DNA of 64,000 bases from Candidatus Latescibacterota bacterium (GTDB lineage Bacteria; Latescibacterota; UBA2968). Under the pieces are notes generated by a model. The model was given only the letters and a program-made list of their open reading frames with translations. It searched no databases and was not told the origin of the DNA. The stretch spans positions 4,416,001 to 4,480,000 of the forward strand of contig OZ240241.1 of assembly GCA_965198115.1 (NCBI GenBank), in the 5' to 3' direction. This document shows, piece after piece, positions 43,808-55,746 of the stretch. Within the stretch, counting starts at the first letter, position 1, and each line of letters opens with the position of its first letter. A program made the position numbers and the translations under genes.

Positions 43808-44996
43808 TCACATTTACGCAGCGCTGGGTGTGGATACGATCGTGAACGCCGCCGGGCCCGTCACGCGTTTGAGCGGGGCGCTGATGGATCCGGAGGTGAC
43901 GGCAGCGATGGCCGAGGCAGCGGGTCATTGTGTGGACATAGCCGAACTCCAGGCGGCCGCCGGACGATACATCGCGGAAGTCACGGGTGCCGAAGCCGGT
44001 TACATCACGTCGGGGGCATCGGCGGGCCTGCTCCTGGGTGTGGCGGCCTGCGTTACGGGACTCGACCCCGGCGCGATGAATCGGCTGCCGGACACGACGG
44101 GGCTCCCGGATGAAGTGATTATGCCGCGGAGCCATCGCAACTTCTACGACCACGCGATCCGGTCGGTCGGCGTGCGTCTGACCGAGGTGGGTCTGCCGGA
44201 CCGATTCAGCGGAGCCGGGGTCCGCGATACAGAGGCGTGGGAAATCGCGGATGCGATCTCCGATCGTACGGCGGCCATCGCTTACGTCGCGAACGCACGA
44301 TCCCGGCCGCCGCTCGAGGAAGTCGTGGAAGTCGCCCACGAGCGGGATGTTCCCGTGATTGTCGATGCGGCGGGTCAGCTGCCTCCCGCATCGAACCTGA
44401 AGCGGTTCATCACCGCGGGAGCTGATCTCGTGTGCTTCAGCGGGGGCAAGGTGGTCGGTGGTCCGCAGGGATCGGGAATCGCGTGCGGACGTCGCGATCT
44501 GATCGCTGCGATGGCGCTTCAGCATCTTGACCTGGACGTCCACTACGAACTGTGGGACCCGCCAACGGAGTGGGTCGAGAAAGAAGCCCTTCCGGGCGCA
44601 CCCCATCACGGTATTGGACGGCCGTGCAAGGTCGGCAAGGAGGCCATCGTCGGGTTGGTGACGGCGCTAAAGCGTTTCGTGGCCGTGTCCGATGAATCGC
44701 GCACCAAGACGTGGCTCGAGTCGATCCACGCGTTGCACGATGGGCTGTCGGAGGTGGTCGGGGTTGCAACAACGATGAGCGAGGGGGGAGATCGCGGTAT
44801 CCCGATGCTTTCGCTCGAGTTCGCTGACCTCGACGGGATCGAGGCGGCGCGTCGTCTGATGACAGGAGAGGACAGGGTTTTCGTGGGGACGTCGGGTGCG
44901 CGGGATGGCGTGCTGTCTGTCAGCCCCGTCTGTCTGAAGAAGGGGGATGTGGAGCGGATGTTGCACAAGGTCGCAGCCGTTGCGGGGTCCGCGTGA
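43800..44996 (+). CDS. SelA-like PLP-dependent enzyme (DgaE-like)
   Basis: VNAAG..T.L, VDAAGQLPP, FSGGKVVGGPQ, GIGRPCKVGKE. Confidence 0.82.
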   Translation: MADHIYAALGVDTIVNAAGPVTRLSGALMDPEVTAAMAEAAGHCVDIAELQAAAGRYIAEVTGAEAGYITSGASAGLLLGVAACVTGLDPGAMNRLPDTTGLPDEVIMPRSHRNFYDHAIRSVGVRLTEVGLPDRFSGAGVRDTEAWEIADAISDRTAAIAYVANARSRPPLEEVVEVAHERDVPVIVDAAGQLPPASNLKRFITAGADLVCFSGGKVVGGPQGSGIACGRRDLIAAMALQHLDLDVHYELWDPPTEWVEKEALPGAPHHGIGRPCKVGKEAIVGLVTALKRFVAVSDESRTKTWLESIHALHDGLSEVVGVATTMSEGGDRGIPMLSLEFADLDGIEAARRLMTGEDRVFVGTSGARDGVLSVSPVCLKKGDVERMLHKVAAVAGSA

Positions 44997-45691
44997 ATGA
45001 GCGGTTTTTGCAGGTTGTCCTGTTGGTCGCGATGATCGGCACGACGGTCTACCTTTGGAACACGCTCCTGCTCTATCCCATCAAGCTGTTCGTCGTCCTG
45101 CTCCACGAACTGAGCCACGGGCTGGCCGCCGTTTCGACGGGTGGTGAGATTTTGAGCATCGAGGTCAACGAGCGTATCGGCGGTCTGTGCGAATACCGCG
45201 GCGGCAATCCCCTCGTCGTGGCGAGCGCCGGCTACCTGGGAAGTCTGGTATGGGGCGGATTGATCCTCATAACGACATCACGAACACGCGGAAGTCGCAT
45301 TGTCGCACTGACCGTCGTCCTCGTGATGGTGATCGCGGTGGTTCTGTGGATTCGGAACACGTTCGGCGTTTACTACACGGCGGGTTTCGCGGTGGTTCTC
45401 CTGCTGATGTCACGCTATCTCCCGCATTGGATGCTTCGATTGGTGCTACAATTCCTCGGCACGGCGAGTTGCCTCTACGTGCTCGTCGACATCTATGAAG
45501 ATCTGATCGTGGTCTACCAGGAAGGGAGCGATGCAGACGCCCTGGCGTCGCTGACGGGCATCCCCGCTGTCGTTTGGGGCGTGCTCTGGGGTACGCTCGC
45601 CGTTGCGATGATGGGATATTCCCTGTATCTCGCCGCATCTGTAAAACCAAAACCTCTCAACGAAGGGGACGCTGGGGCCGCAGAGGATTGA
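44993..45691 (+). CDS. M50B-like membrane metallopeptidase
   Basis: LHELSHG, SAGYLG, SDADALA. Confidence 0.82.
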   Translation: MNERFLQVVLLVAMIGTTVYLWNTLLLYPIKLFVVLLHELSHGLAAVSTGGEILSIEVNERIGGLCEYRGGNPLVVASAGYLGSLVWGGLILITTSRTRGSRIVALTVVLVMVIAVVLWIRNTFGVYYTAGFAVVLLLMSRYLPHWMLRLVLQFLGTASCLYVLVDIYEDLIVVYQEGSDADALASLTGIPAVVWGVLWGTLAVAMMGYSLYLAASVKPKPLNEGDAGAAED

Positions 45692-45772
45692 AACGGGGTG
45701 TTCCTCGACTAGGCTTTTCTCTGCGATCCCTGCGCTCTCTGTGTTGAAAGCCCTTGAATTGAAGGAGACAAA

Positions 45773-47116
45773 GTGATCGATTGGGAGAAGGAAGGCGCTG
45801 AAGCGGCCGCGCGTCTGGCCGGGATGGTGCGGTTCGACACGACGAACCCGCCCGGCAACGAGCTGGCACTGGCCGAGTGGTTGGCGGAGTCCGTGCGTTC
45901 CGAAGGTCTGGATGCAGAGGTGATCGAGTCGACGCCGGAGCGTGGGAATCTGGTCGTTAGAATGAAAGGATCGGGTGCGGAGCGACCGCTGCTCTTCCTG
46001 TCACACATCGACGTCGTACCGGCCGAGCCCGAGCGATGGACGCATCCGCCATTCGAGGGTACGATCGCCGACAGACACGTCTGGGGACGAGGCGCGATCG
46101 ATTCCAAACTAACAGGCGCGACTCAATTGCAAGCCCTGCTGATGGCGCATCGCAACGGGTTAAAACTCGAACGGGACCTGGTGCTCGTTGCGGCTGCGGA
46201 CGAGGAAATGGGCGCCGCACACGGCGTAAAGTGGTTAGCGCAGCATCGGCCGGACGTGTTCGACGCCGAATACGGGATCAACGAGGCCGGTGGGTTCGCG
46301 CTCGAGATCGGTGGGACCCCCGTCTATCTGGTTCAGGTGGCAGAGAAGGGGGGCGCGTCGCTCGATCTGGTTGGAAGGGGACGACCTGGTCACAGCTCCG
46401 TCCCGCACAACGACAATGCCATCATCGAGCTCGCCGATGCGCTCGGAAGAATGCGGGACGATAAGCTCCCGCATCAGGTGTCGCACAGCGTCAGGGCCTT
46501 TTTCGAGGGTGCGGCCGAGGGTCACAGCGACGAGAAGACGGCTGCGCTACTTCGGGACTGTCTGGACCCGGAGCGCGTGGAAGCGGCGCTGGAGGCACTC
46601 GAAGTCGAGCCCGCCACACGGTCCATGCTCGATGCAATGTTGCGGAACACCTGTGCGCCGACGATGCTGTCGGCGGGGCTGAAGCGGAACGTGATACCGA
46701 CGGACGCGCGTGCAGCACTGAGCGGCCGTCCGTTGCCGGGAGAGACCGAGGAAAGATTCGTCGAGCAGGTGCGAGCGCTCGTGGGCGAAGGCGTCGACAT
46801 CGAAATGGAAGGCGCGTTCAACCCGGCCGTCGAGTTCGATCACGAGACCCCGCTGTTCGACATCATTGCGGCGTCCACACACGTCTACGAGCCCGACGCG
46901 GTCGTCGTTCCCTTTATGCAGACCGGTGGCACGGATGCGCGGCATCTGGTCGATTTCGACCTCACGGTCTACGGCTACATTCCGATGCGCTATGAGAAGG
47001 GGATGGATTTCTACGAGCTGTGCCACGGTCACGACGAGCGGGTGTCGACCTCGAACGTGACGTTCGCGGTGCAGATTCTGTATGACCTGGTCCTGCGACT
47101 CAACGATCTGGAATAA
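45773..47116 (+). CDS. M20/M25/M40 metallopeptidase
   Basis: SHIDVVP, WGRGAID, ADEEMG, GHSS, HGHDER. Confidence 0.9.
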   Translation: MIDWEKEGAEAAARLAGMVRFDTTNPPGNELALAEWLAESVRSEGLDAEVIESTPERGNLVVRMKGSGAERPLLFLSHIDVVPAEPERWTHPPFEGTIADRHVWGRGAIDSKLTGATQLQALLMAHRNGLKLERDLVLVAAADEEMGAAHGVKWLAQHRPDVFDAEYGINEAGGFALEIGGTPVYLVQVAEKGGASLDLVGRGRPGHSSVPHNDNAIIELADALGRMRDDKLPHQVSHSVRAFFEGAAEGHSDEKTAALLRDCLDPERVEAALEALEVEPATRSMLDAMLRNTCAPTMLSAGLKRNVIPTDARAALSGRPLPGETEERFVEQVRALVGEGVDIEMEGAFNPAVEFDHETPLFDIIAASTHVYEPDAVVVPFMQTGGTDARHLVDFDLTVYGYIPMRYEKGMDFYELCHGHDERVSTSNVTFAVQILYDLVLRLNDLE

Positions 47117-47247
47117 GGTGGCGCAATGTTTGGTATTGTTATCTGAGTGGTAGAAGGCGTAGGATTGAGTAGTGTCCGCGAAACCATCGATCCCCGGATG
47201 GCTGCTGTCTTGCGATGGGCCTTATTCAGGGAAGAGGATCGAAGAGG

Positions 47248-48690
47248 ATGATTGATCAGAAGATGTCGTCCTATATGGATGATTGGAAGCAGCGTGAGGA
47301 GATCGCCGAGTCGATGATCCCGCTCATCGGCAAGCTCTACCGTGACCGCGGCGTCGTCACAACCATCTACGATCGTTCATTGATCCACAACTCGACGATC
47401 GACATTCTCAAGGCTCACCGCTTCGCACGGCAGATTATCAGGGACGAGCTCTCCGTTTCATCGAGCTTCTCGATTCTGCAGTCTCTGAGCAAGCTCGACC
47501 TGTCGCCGGCTCGAATCGATATCGGGAAGCTGACGACCCGGTATCAGCACAATGGTGGGAAGGACATCCACACGTTCGTCAAGCGGGAACTGGCGGCGAT
47601 CAACACGGGAAAGAGGCCGGTGCTCGACACGCCCCAGGATGTTGTGCTCTACGGCTTCGGGCGAATCGGACGGATGCTGGCGCGCGTACTGATCGAGCGC
47701 AGCGGCGGAGGGGACAAGTGGCGCCTGCGGGCGATCGTGACACAGAAGAAGCAGGAAGACGACTTGATCAGGCGGGCCAGCCTCCTGCGGCGAGACTCGG
47801 TTCACGGTCCGTTCAAGGGGACCATTGTTGCGGACAGGAAAGAGAATGCCCTAGTCGTCAACGGGAATATGATCCGCATCCTCTATTCCGACCGGCCGGA
47901 AGACGTGCCATATAACAAGTACGGAATCGAGAATGCCATCGTGCTGGACAACACGGGCGTCTGGCGGGACCGCGAAGGCCTGGGTCGCCATCTGAAGGCG
48001 AAGGGAGTTGCCAAGGTCATTCTGACGGCCCCTGGCGTCGGGGACGTTCCAAACATCGTTTACGGGGCAAACAACGACTGCATCGGCAAAGAGGAACGAA
48101 TCTTTTCGGCGTGCAGTTGCACGACCAATGCCATCGTGCCGGTGCTCAAGGTGATGCACGATCGCTACGGCATCGAGGGCGGCCACATCGAAACCTGCCA
48201 CGCCTACACCAACGATCAGAACCTCATCGACAACTACCACAAGAAGAGTCGACGGGGCCGGGGTGCGCCGCTCAATATGGTCCTTACGGAGACGGGTGCG
48301 GCCGACGCGGTGGGGAAGGTACTTCCGGAATTGGCGGGCAAGCTCACCGCCAACGCGATTCGGGTGCCGACCCCGAATGTCTCACTGGCGATTCTGAGCC
48401 TGATTCTGAACTGTGAAATCAGCGTGGAAGAGGTAAACGGCTATCTTCGCGATCTTTCCCTCGAATCTCCGTTGCAGGGCCAGATCGACTATACGAGTTC
48501 GCCCGAAGTGGTTTCGAGCGACTTCGTGGGTAATCTGAAAACCGGGGTCGTCGATTCGCTGTCGACCATTGTCCAGGGAAGACGCTGCAATCTCTACGTC
48601 TGGTACGACAACGAATTCGGTTACGCTATCCAGGTGATCCGGATGGTGCAGCACCTTGCAAAGCTCGAGCTGCCTTCTTTCCCCAGGTGA
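47248..48690 (+). CDS. gap: Glyceraldehyde-3-phosphate dehydrogenase, long form with N-terminal extension
   Basis: YGFGRIGR, SCTTN, WYDNEFGY; about 130 aa extension. Confidence 0.92.
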   Translation: MIDQKMSSYMDDWKQREEIAESMIPLIGKLYRDRGVVTTIYDRSLIHNSTIDILKAHRFARQIIRDELSVSSSFSILQSLSKLDLSPARIDIGKLTTRYQHNGGKDIHTFVKRELAAINTGKRPVLDTPQDVVLYGFGRIGRMLARVLIERSGGGDKWRLRAIVTQKKQEDDLIRRASLLRRDSVHGPFKGTIVADRKENALVVNGNMIRILYSDRPEDVPYNKYGIENAIVLDNTGVWRDREGLGRHLKAKGVAKVILTAPGVGDVPNIVYGANNDCIGKEERIFSACSCTTNAIVPVLKVMHDRYGIEGGHIETCHAYTNDQNLIDNYHKKSRRGRGAPLNMVLTETGAADAVGKVLPELAGKLTANAIRVPTPNVSLAILSLILNCEISVEEVNGYLRDLSLESPLQGQIDYTSSPEVVSSDFVGNLKTGVVDSLSTIVQGRRCNLYVWYDNEFGYAIQVIRMVQHLAKLELPSFPR

Positions 48691-48889
48691 TTTGAAGGGA
48701 TGAACAGAGCCTGCTGGCATCTGATGTAGGACCTGGCTCTGCCTGGGAAGGGGGCCATAGGCTGCCTCAATGCCCCATAATAACCCCAGCGACATGGATC
48801 TTTGTCAGGCGCTATGGTGACTGGCTAGAGAGCCTTTCCCAAGCTGGAGCTTGGTCTTACAACCTCAGGTCGGCGCATCGTCGAATCGA

Positions 48890-49130
48890 TCAATCCTGCC
48901 TGTATTCCAATGGGATGGAAACCGCAAACGTCGTCCCTTTCCCGACCTCGCTCACCACCGAAACAGACCCTCCCAGCAGCTCAGCGAACTTCTTCGTGAT
49001 CGACAGCCCCAGCCCCGTACCCTTTTGCACAGCACTCTCCGAGCCTTCCACCTGACGGTAATCATCGAAAATGGTAGGAAGCTCCTCCGCAGGAATACCC
49101 TTTCCGGTATCTGAAACGGAAATTGTTAGC
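48890..49130 (-). pseudogene. Orphan HATPase_c fragment of a histidine kinase
   Basis: ISVSDTGKGI, GTGLGLSITKKFAELLGG, GKGTTF; no upstream kinase, 5' side abuts a REP-like repeat. Confidence 0.75.
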
Positions 49131-49472
49131 GCGCTTCGAGGGTCATCCTGGGCCCCTCGACTCCGCTCGGGATGAACTCTGTCGAAGGACGGCCCTCGGA
49201 GTGCACTCACAGTAATCGTGCCTGAGTCTGTGAATTTGATGTCCGGGTCCTTAGCTTTTTACCGTCCACCGTCCACCGTCCATCCGCCGAAGCTTCGGCG
49301 AAGGCGAATCTGTCTTCTGTCCTCTGCTCTACTCCCTGGCTCCCCGTTCTCTCAGCAATCCTTCAATCTCCTCGTGCTCCATCTGAATCGCCATCTCAAG
49401 CGGACGGATCCCGTTTCGTGTCTTCCGTGTGTGGAGTTTATAGTGGCGTATCGAGGGGTGGTCCCCCGCCTT

Positions 49473-50180
49473 TCAGAGCCCCATTTCGATGTAGGCACTC
49501 GAGATTCTCTCGATAGCCAACGCAAAGGCCGCGGTTCGTAGATCGGGGACACCGTCTCGGGTGAGGAAGATCTCGCGGATGTCCTGGTAACTGGTTCGCA
49601 TCGTGTCGTCCAGACCGGATCGGACGAGGTCGAGTTCGTTGGATCCGTAGGTGAGGTTCTTTCGGAATTCGTCTGGAATCGTCTTGCCCACCGTAGCCTC
49701 GATCGCGTCGATGATGTTCTGACCCTGGATTTCCTCGTGTCACCGGTCGAGCCGCCCGAAGCGGATGTGGGAGAGGTTTTTGATCCACTCGAAGTAGGAC
49801 ACGGTTACACCACCCGCGTTCATGAAGGCGTCGGGGAGAATGACGACGCCTTGCTCGCGCAGGTATTTGTCCGCCTCGAACGTGACTGGTCCGTTGGCCG
49901 CTTCGGCGATGAGCTTCGTCTTGATCCGGGGTGCATTCTCGAGCGTGATCTGACCCTCGAGAGCGGCCGGAATCAGGATGTCGCATTCCTCCTCCAGCGC
50001 GGCCCGGCTGTTCTCGACGAAGGAGGAGCCGGGGAAGCCTTCGGGGGTTCGATGTTCCTGGAGATGCGCGAAGACGGCTTCAACATCGAAGCCCTTAATC
50101 GAAGCCCTTATTGGAGAGGATGGCACCGTCGCGTTCGGCGATGCCGACGATGCGGGCCCCCTCCAGTTCGCTCAGGAACT
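49473..50180 (-). pseudogene. Glutamate dehydrogenase C-terminal remnant (GLUD1-like type)
   Basis: DILIPAALE, EAANGP, NAGGVTVSYFEW, NLSHIRFGRL; in-frame TGA at 49740, 13-bp duplication at 50085-50110, truncated by IS630. Confidence 0.85.
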
Positions 50181-51298
50181 TAGTACTCCTGTTCTCAAAT
50201 ACGGTGACGTATTCTAAGCAGACTTTGCCAAGGGCGTATCGTAGAACCTGAGTTTGTCGATCATCTCCGCGAGATCTGTTCGTGTGAACTTCCATTTGAA
50301 GGGTGTGGCGATACGTCCGTAGCGTTCCTGAAAACCGAGGATTCTTGCCTCAAGCTCTTCGAGCGATGCAAATTCGATAGGTGTCAGAGCCTTGCGTTTG
50401 AGGATCGAGAAGTAGATCTCGATCTGATTGAGCCAGCTTGCGTGGATCGGAAGGTGAACGGGGTGGATGTTTGGCCACTTCCCCTGGATACGGTCGATGC
50501 ATGTTTGCCCTCGGTGCGAGGAGCCATTATCCACGATGAGGTAGACTTTCTTTGCCGAGCAATAGGGTTTCCTGCTCATGATCAGGCTCAGGAGCCGGTT
50601 GAAGGGCTCGATACCCGAAGAAGACTGGTCTTTTCGTCGGCAGAAAGTACATATTCCCTCGGCCCTAAAGGCTTTCCTTGCCATTGGCGGTGATACAGAT
50701 CAAGGACTCTACCTGCTTTGGTTTGGAAGTCCGGGTCCCGTGGGAAAATCCAGGAGCGATGATACCAAGGACGAATCGCGTCCTCGTTCAACCAGCGCCA
50801 GACAGTGGCGCCGCTGATCTTGGCAACGAAGCCCCTTTGCACTGCCTCGGCGGCAATCTCGGAACAGCTGAACCGCGAGAGCGGTATCCCGCTCTCGCTC
50901 GGTAGTTCACACGCCAGCGCCTTGATCTGAACGACCACCTGAGGGGGGAAAACCGGGCGGGCGCCCGGGACGAGATCTATCTTCGAGTCCCGAAAGACGC
51001 TCTTCGAAAAAGCGCTTACGCCATTTGCTTACGATCGGACGCGGGACATCCAACCGTTGGGCGATAATCTTGTTGGATAATCCCTCGGCGGCGAGAAGCA
51101 CGATTTTCGATCGGATCACTTGATAATACGGTAACGTATATTGTCCAGCCATTCGCTCGAGGTCGACCCGTTCCTTCTCAGACAGTAGCACCACATAAGG
51201 CGAACGTCTTGGCATTGTTCTCCTCCTTTTGAAGGAGAACATAAGCTACAAATAATGTTCAAGACATACGTAATAATATTTATGAACCCATGCATTTA
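50181..51298 (-). mobile_element. IS630-family element, apparently internally deleted
   Basis: HTH ORF 50907-51215, shift site TTTTCCCCCC, SADEKT, VDNGSSH, SWLNQIEIYF; TA ends; DEKTS abuts GIEPF out of frame. Confidence 0.82.
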
Positions 51299-52592
51299 GG
51301 GTTCGCGAATAAATAAACGGTCGATCTCAATGTTGAGCCATTGGCCGGATCGTGTAGTTCCAGTCGCCGTGGAAATCGTGCGGAGTGAGATCGATTTGGG
51401 TCATCTGTTCATCGGTCACCTTGACCCCGTTAGGGTAGGGTCGCTTGTCGATCTCGGAGCGTACTCGGAGACCGGCTTGAGTGGTCGTTCCGGCAATGAG
51501 ATTCACGGTTGCAGCCAGGCTGACCAGGGGCTTGCCTCGCCAGTTCATAGCGATGAAGGAGAACAGGCGATGTTCGATCTTGTTCCACTTACTAGTGCCA
51601 GGAGGGTAGTGGCATACGGTGATCGTCAGGCCAGTGCGATTCGCAAAGCGCTGCAGCTCCCACTTCCACAGCCGCGTCTTGGCGCCGTTGCTGCCGCCTG
51701 CGTCCGCCGTGATTAGCAGATGCGTCGAAGTGCCGTAGGCGGGCCGTCCCATGTTCTTCCACCAACTTCGGATCGCATTCACGGCGAAGCTGGCCGTGTC
51801 GTGATCGATACCGACACTTACCCAGCCTTCATCACGGCTCAGATCATACACTCCATAAGGGATCGCCTTGCCCTGAGCAGGCACTATGAAATCGTGTACC
51901 TTCACACGCTCCGGGTCTCCCTTGGGTCGCCATTCTCGGCCAGGATTCTTGAAGTCGCCGATCAACTCTTTCTTCTTGGTGTCCACCGAGATAACGGGAA
52001 GGCCCTGCTGCTGCTGCTGGCTAATCCGATCATCGAGGTAAACGAACTGAGCGTCCCGATCCGGGTGTGCAGATCCCTCCCTTGTCTTCCGATTCGCCTG
52101 CAGCGTGTAATCGTGTTCGTGCAGGAGATTGGCAACGATCCTGGGGCTCACCGAATGCCCCATCGCTTGCAACTCGGCGGCCAGTTTGCGAGTGCTCTTC
52201 GATGTCCATCTCAGAGGATTGTCGTCAGGCGACCCCGCAGTCGTTGGCTCGACCAGATCATTCAGGTCCTGCCACAGCGTCGGGTCCGTGTCGGCCTTCC
52301 GCTTACGACCGCCGCCTGGACGCCGGATGCGAGCCGGGTCCAAAGGTTCGTCCGACCTCAACTCCTGAATGCCACGAAAGATCCGCTCTCTGGACATTCC
52401 TGTCGCCAGAGCCACAATCGCGATCCCACCGTGACCCAACGCTTCGGCTTCCGTGGCGGCCCACAGACGACGCGTGCGTTCCGTCAGCACCGGAGCCAAG
52501 GCTTCATACTTCGTTCGGAGAGTTTCGACGTCCACACTCCGAGCGTAAGATCATTACCTTGAAAAGTGCAGCACTTATTTCGTGGCAAACCC
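51299..52592 (-). mobile_element. ISAzo13-family IS, copy 1 (intact transposase 51327-52535)
   Basis: IRs GGGTTCGCGAATAAATAA / GGGTTTGCCACGAAATAA; ISVDTKKKE, TADAGGSN, PGTSKWNKIEHRLF. Confidence 0.92.
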
Positions 52593-54518
52593 TAACGTCT
52601 TTTGGTTGATCTGGATTTCCGCCCGTTCCACGTTCGACGCCCGCTGCTGCGTCAGGCTTTCGAAACTGTTGACGGTCTGCTCTCTGTATTCGATCAGGTC
52701 TTTGAGTTTGACGACGAGCGCGACGATGGGCTTTTGGCGCCAGGGTGGCGTTCGCGCCAGGAGCTGTTCGATCTCGTCCTTCTCGAGGGACTGTATTCCA
52801 AGCGTTCTGAACATTTTTAGTACGTTGTTTTCGCAGAACTCGACGGTTTTTTACACCTTCTTGATCTGTGCTTCGAGAGCGAGGTCCGTGGCGATGCCAA
52901 TCGTCGTGGGTTGGCCCGCGGGCGATCCAGCGATCTCCGCCTCGAGTCGTCCCCCCGCCATCACGGTTCCACCGTGGATCGAGCCGCTCCGTTCTCCCTC
53001 GCCCGGCCGAACGACGACGTCGCGCCCCGCCCGAAGGTTTCCGTTTCGCACGTGATCACCGATCAGGATGTCGGTCTGGGCCATCACGCTGGCTTCCTGG
53101 ACGAATCGTGCCTCGACGCCGCCAAGTGCGATGATTTTTGCTTTGGGACCGCTGATGCCCTGGGCGACCGAGATGTTCCCTTTTGCGCTGACGGTGGCGC
53201 CGTTCTCGACACCGCCCCTGATCGTGACGTTGCCATCGACCTTGACGGTGGCTCCATCGAGCACGGAGCCAGTAATCTCGATGTCAGTCACGGCGGTGAT
53301 GGGCCCGGATTCGGGCGAGACATCGCCGTCGAAGCGGAGTACCGAGTGAACCTCCACCGTGTCGCCGTTGACCTTGAGGTTTCCGTCGATCTCCGCGACG
53401 AATTTCAGCGACTCTCCTTCCTTCACCTCCGCAACTACGTTCTCGCCGGCCTGGAAGTCGATGTCTTTGCCGTCTTCGGCTTCTACGGGTTCCCCTCGGA
53501 GCGTCATTCCCGGCAACCCAGGAGCGGCAGGCGACACTTCCGCGACGACTTCGCCCTTTCGAACGGGGATCGCACCGAGGCTCGCGTCGGGATTCTCCTC
53601 GAGGGCTCGACGCGAGGGCTCGCTGACGAGCAGCGCATCGCTCCCAGGGTGGGGCGGTTCCCCCTCGACCAGGAGGACCCCGGTGCGGCGTGAGCGGCCG
53701 TCTGCCAGGCGGTTCGTCAGCTGGCGGCTGGCGTTTTCGGGGATCTCTTCGTCGATGTTGTGGAGGGTGAGCAGATGCTCGATCCATTCAGGCTGGGGGA
53801 ACACGGAGCCGGCGTGGGGAAAGTGAATGTAGTAGGCACGTGATTCGTCTTTCGTGAGCCAGATGGGATTCATCATGTGGATGAAGTCGTTGAGATAACA
53901 GACGTAGCCGAAGCACTCGGCAAAGAACTGGCCATCTTCCTTCCGCACGTTGGTTCCCACCTTGAGGACCGCGGGCTTCGGTTCCGGGGGCTCCTCGGTC
54001 ACGTTCCCGTGGATATCCTTTCCGGTCGTGCCTTTCCGAGGGGGGGACAGGACGGCCAGCAGTTCGTCGGGTGCAGCGGGCTTGACGCGAATGTCGTGGG
54101 ACAAGACGTCTTCGAGGGTCGGGCTTCTGAAGGCCCGTCTCAGTTCGGTGTAGTCGAGTTTGACGTTCTTGGACAGGAGTTCCAGGAACTTGAGGCGGAG
54201 GCCTGCGTCTTCGGACTCTACGGCCGGACTCTCTCTGGCGATGATGAGGTTTCGTTTGGCGAAGTATTCCTTGTTGGGGTCGCGCCGTGCTTCCTGAACG
54301 ATCCGGTCGAGGATGTCTTCGTTTATCCCGTAGACGATGTTGTAGTTCTCCTCGAGCGCGGCGAAGATATCGTCGCGGGTGATGCTTTCGTCGCCGCCGA
54401 AGCAGAGTTCGCGAAGATGAGCGCGTGTGCCCGCGTTGTTCACTTCGACGTGGATCCAGGCCTTGCCGCGTTGCCCGAATTTCCGGCGATGATCGTTTCT
54501 GGAGAAAGGGTTCAGCAT
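52593..54518 (-). pseudogene. FapA/DUF342 family protein with in-frame TAA at 52851 and IS truncation
   Basis: GTTGKDIHG, PGMTLRGE, beta-helix GDV/GSV/GGVE repeats; frame continues past the stop (KTVEFCENNVLKMFRTL...) up to the IS. Confidence 0.78.
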
Positions 54519-54530
54519 CCGTGTCGTATT

Positions 54531-55547
54531 TCAGCCGTCCCGCCGGCCTTCGTCGGCCAATCGGTCCAGGTCTTCGATGTTTTCTATCACGTTGTCGAGT
54601 TTCAAAATCTCGGCGATCTGTCCCTTCCACTGACCCGCGTCCTGCTGGATCTGCGCATCGTTCATGGCGACCGCTGCCTGAAGGGCGAAACTGGCGGTGC
54701 TCTGCAGCGCGTCGTCCGGAACCTCGTCGCTGTGGGCGATTTCGATGAGTCCCATCAGGTCTTCCCCGCGCTGGATGGGGACGATGGCGAATCCGTCTCC
54801 TGCGTTGACGATCGAACGCGAGGCGAGCACGCCCGCCAGGGCTGCCTGCGACCGGCTTGCGTCGAGGTCGTCGAGGTCTTGGCGAGGCACCTTCCTGCCA
54901 TCCGTGGTCGCCGCGACGGGGACGAGGGTATCGTCTCCGAAACGGTAGATGACGATCCGATCGAGGCGCGTGACCTCGGCCGTGACCTGTGCGACGAGTT
55001 CCAGCGTTTCCTCGAGTGTGTGGTAGGTGAGCAGGTGCTGTGCGATTCGGTCCTTGCCCTCCAGTTCGGTCACCTTTTGACGCAGCTCCGCGGTTCGTTC
55101 CAGCACCTTCTGCTCGAGATGGGCGTTGAGTTCGGCGAGGTCTTTGGCCAGCCGATCGCGTTCCAGGTGCGTCCGGATCCGGATGAGCACTTCCTCTTTT
55201 TGGAAGGGTTTGGATATGTAATCGACGCCGCCTGCGCGGAAGCCTTCGAGTACGCCCTCGAGTTCATCTCGTGCCGTGAGGAAAATGACGGGAATCGCCC
55301 GGGTGGCCTCGTCGGCTTTGAGTCGCCTGCACGTCTCGAACCCATCGATGCCAGGCATCATGACGTCGAGCATGATGAGATCGGGGACGGTCTGGGCGGC
55401 TACCTTGAGTGCGCTTTCGCCGCTCGTCGCGACGAGGACGTTGTAGCTGTCGGCTTCGAGCGACTGACTCAGGATGTCGAGGTTCGCGGGAACGTCGTCC
55501 ACGATCAGGATTCGGGCGCCGGAGAGGTCGATGATCAGGTCATTCAT
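54531..55547 (-). CDS. Response regulator (REC + coiled coil + GAF-like)
   Basis: ILIVDD, LDVMMPGIDG, VDYISKPF. Confidence 0.88.
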   Translation of the reverse strand: MNDLIIDLSGARILIVDDVPANLDILSQSLEADSYNVLVATSGESALKVAAQTVPDLIMLDVMMPGIDGFETCRRLKADEATRAIPVIFLTARDELEGVLEGFRAGGVDYISKPFQKEEVLIRIRTHLERDRLAKDLAELNAHLEQKVLERTAELRQKVTELEGKDRIAQHLLTYHTLEETLELVAQVTAEVTRLDRIVIYRFGDDTLVPVAATTDGRKVPRQDLDDLDASRSQAALAGVLASRSIVNAGDGFAIVPIQRGEDLMGLIEIAHSDEVPDDALQSTASFALQAAVAMNDAQIQQDAGQWKGQIAEILKLDNVIENIEDLDRLADEGRRDG

Positions 55548-55746
55548 AGGTCGTTTCTTTCGGCGTTGGTGGGACTGACCCGGTAGTGTCACGATGCGGG
55601 CGTTCGTGGTGTCCTACCGCCTCTCGGCGGACACCATCGAACCGACCCTGTGCGAGGCGACGTCCCGAGCGTGCGGGCCGGCGAACCAAGCCAGGAAAAA
55701 AATAGGATCTCGGGGTCCTTCACGAGGTATTGATTCGGTCGCGCGC

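Noticed and set aside
43800-44996. Possible selenocysteine synthase selA
   Set aside because: Short SelA-like PLP family member; no selB, selC or SECIS context seen
48691-48889. CpG-poor spacer after gap
   Set aside because: No convincing ORF, repeat or structure could be assigned
49740-49742. In-frame TGA as selenocysteine or recoding
   Set aside because: The position corresponds to Arg in an already truncated and frameshifted gene
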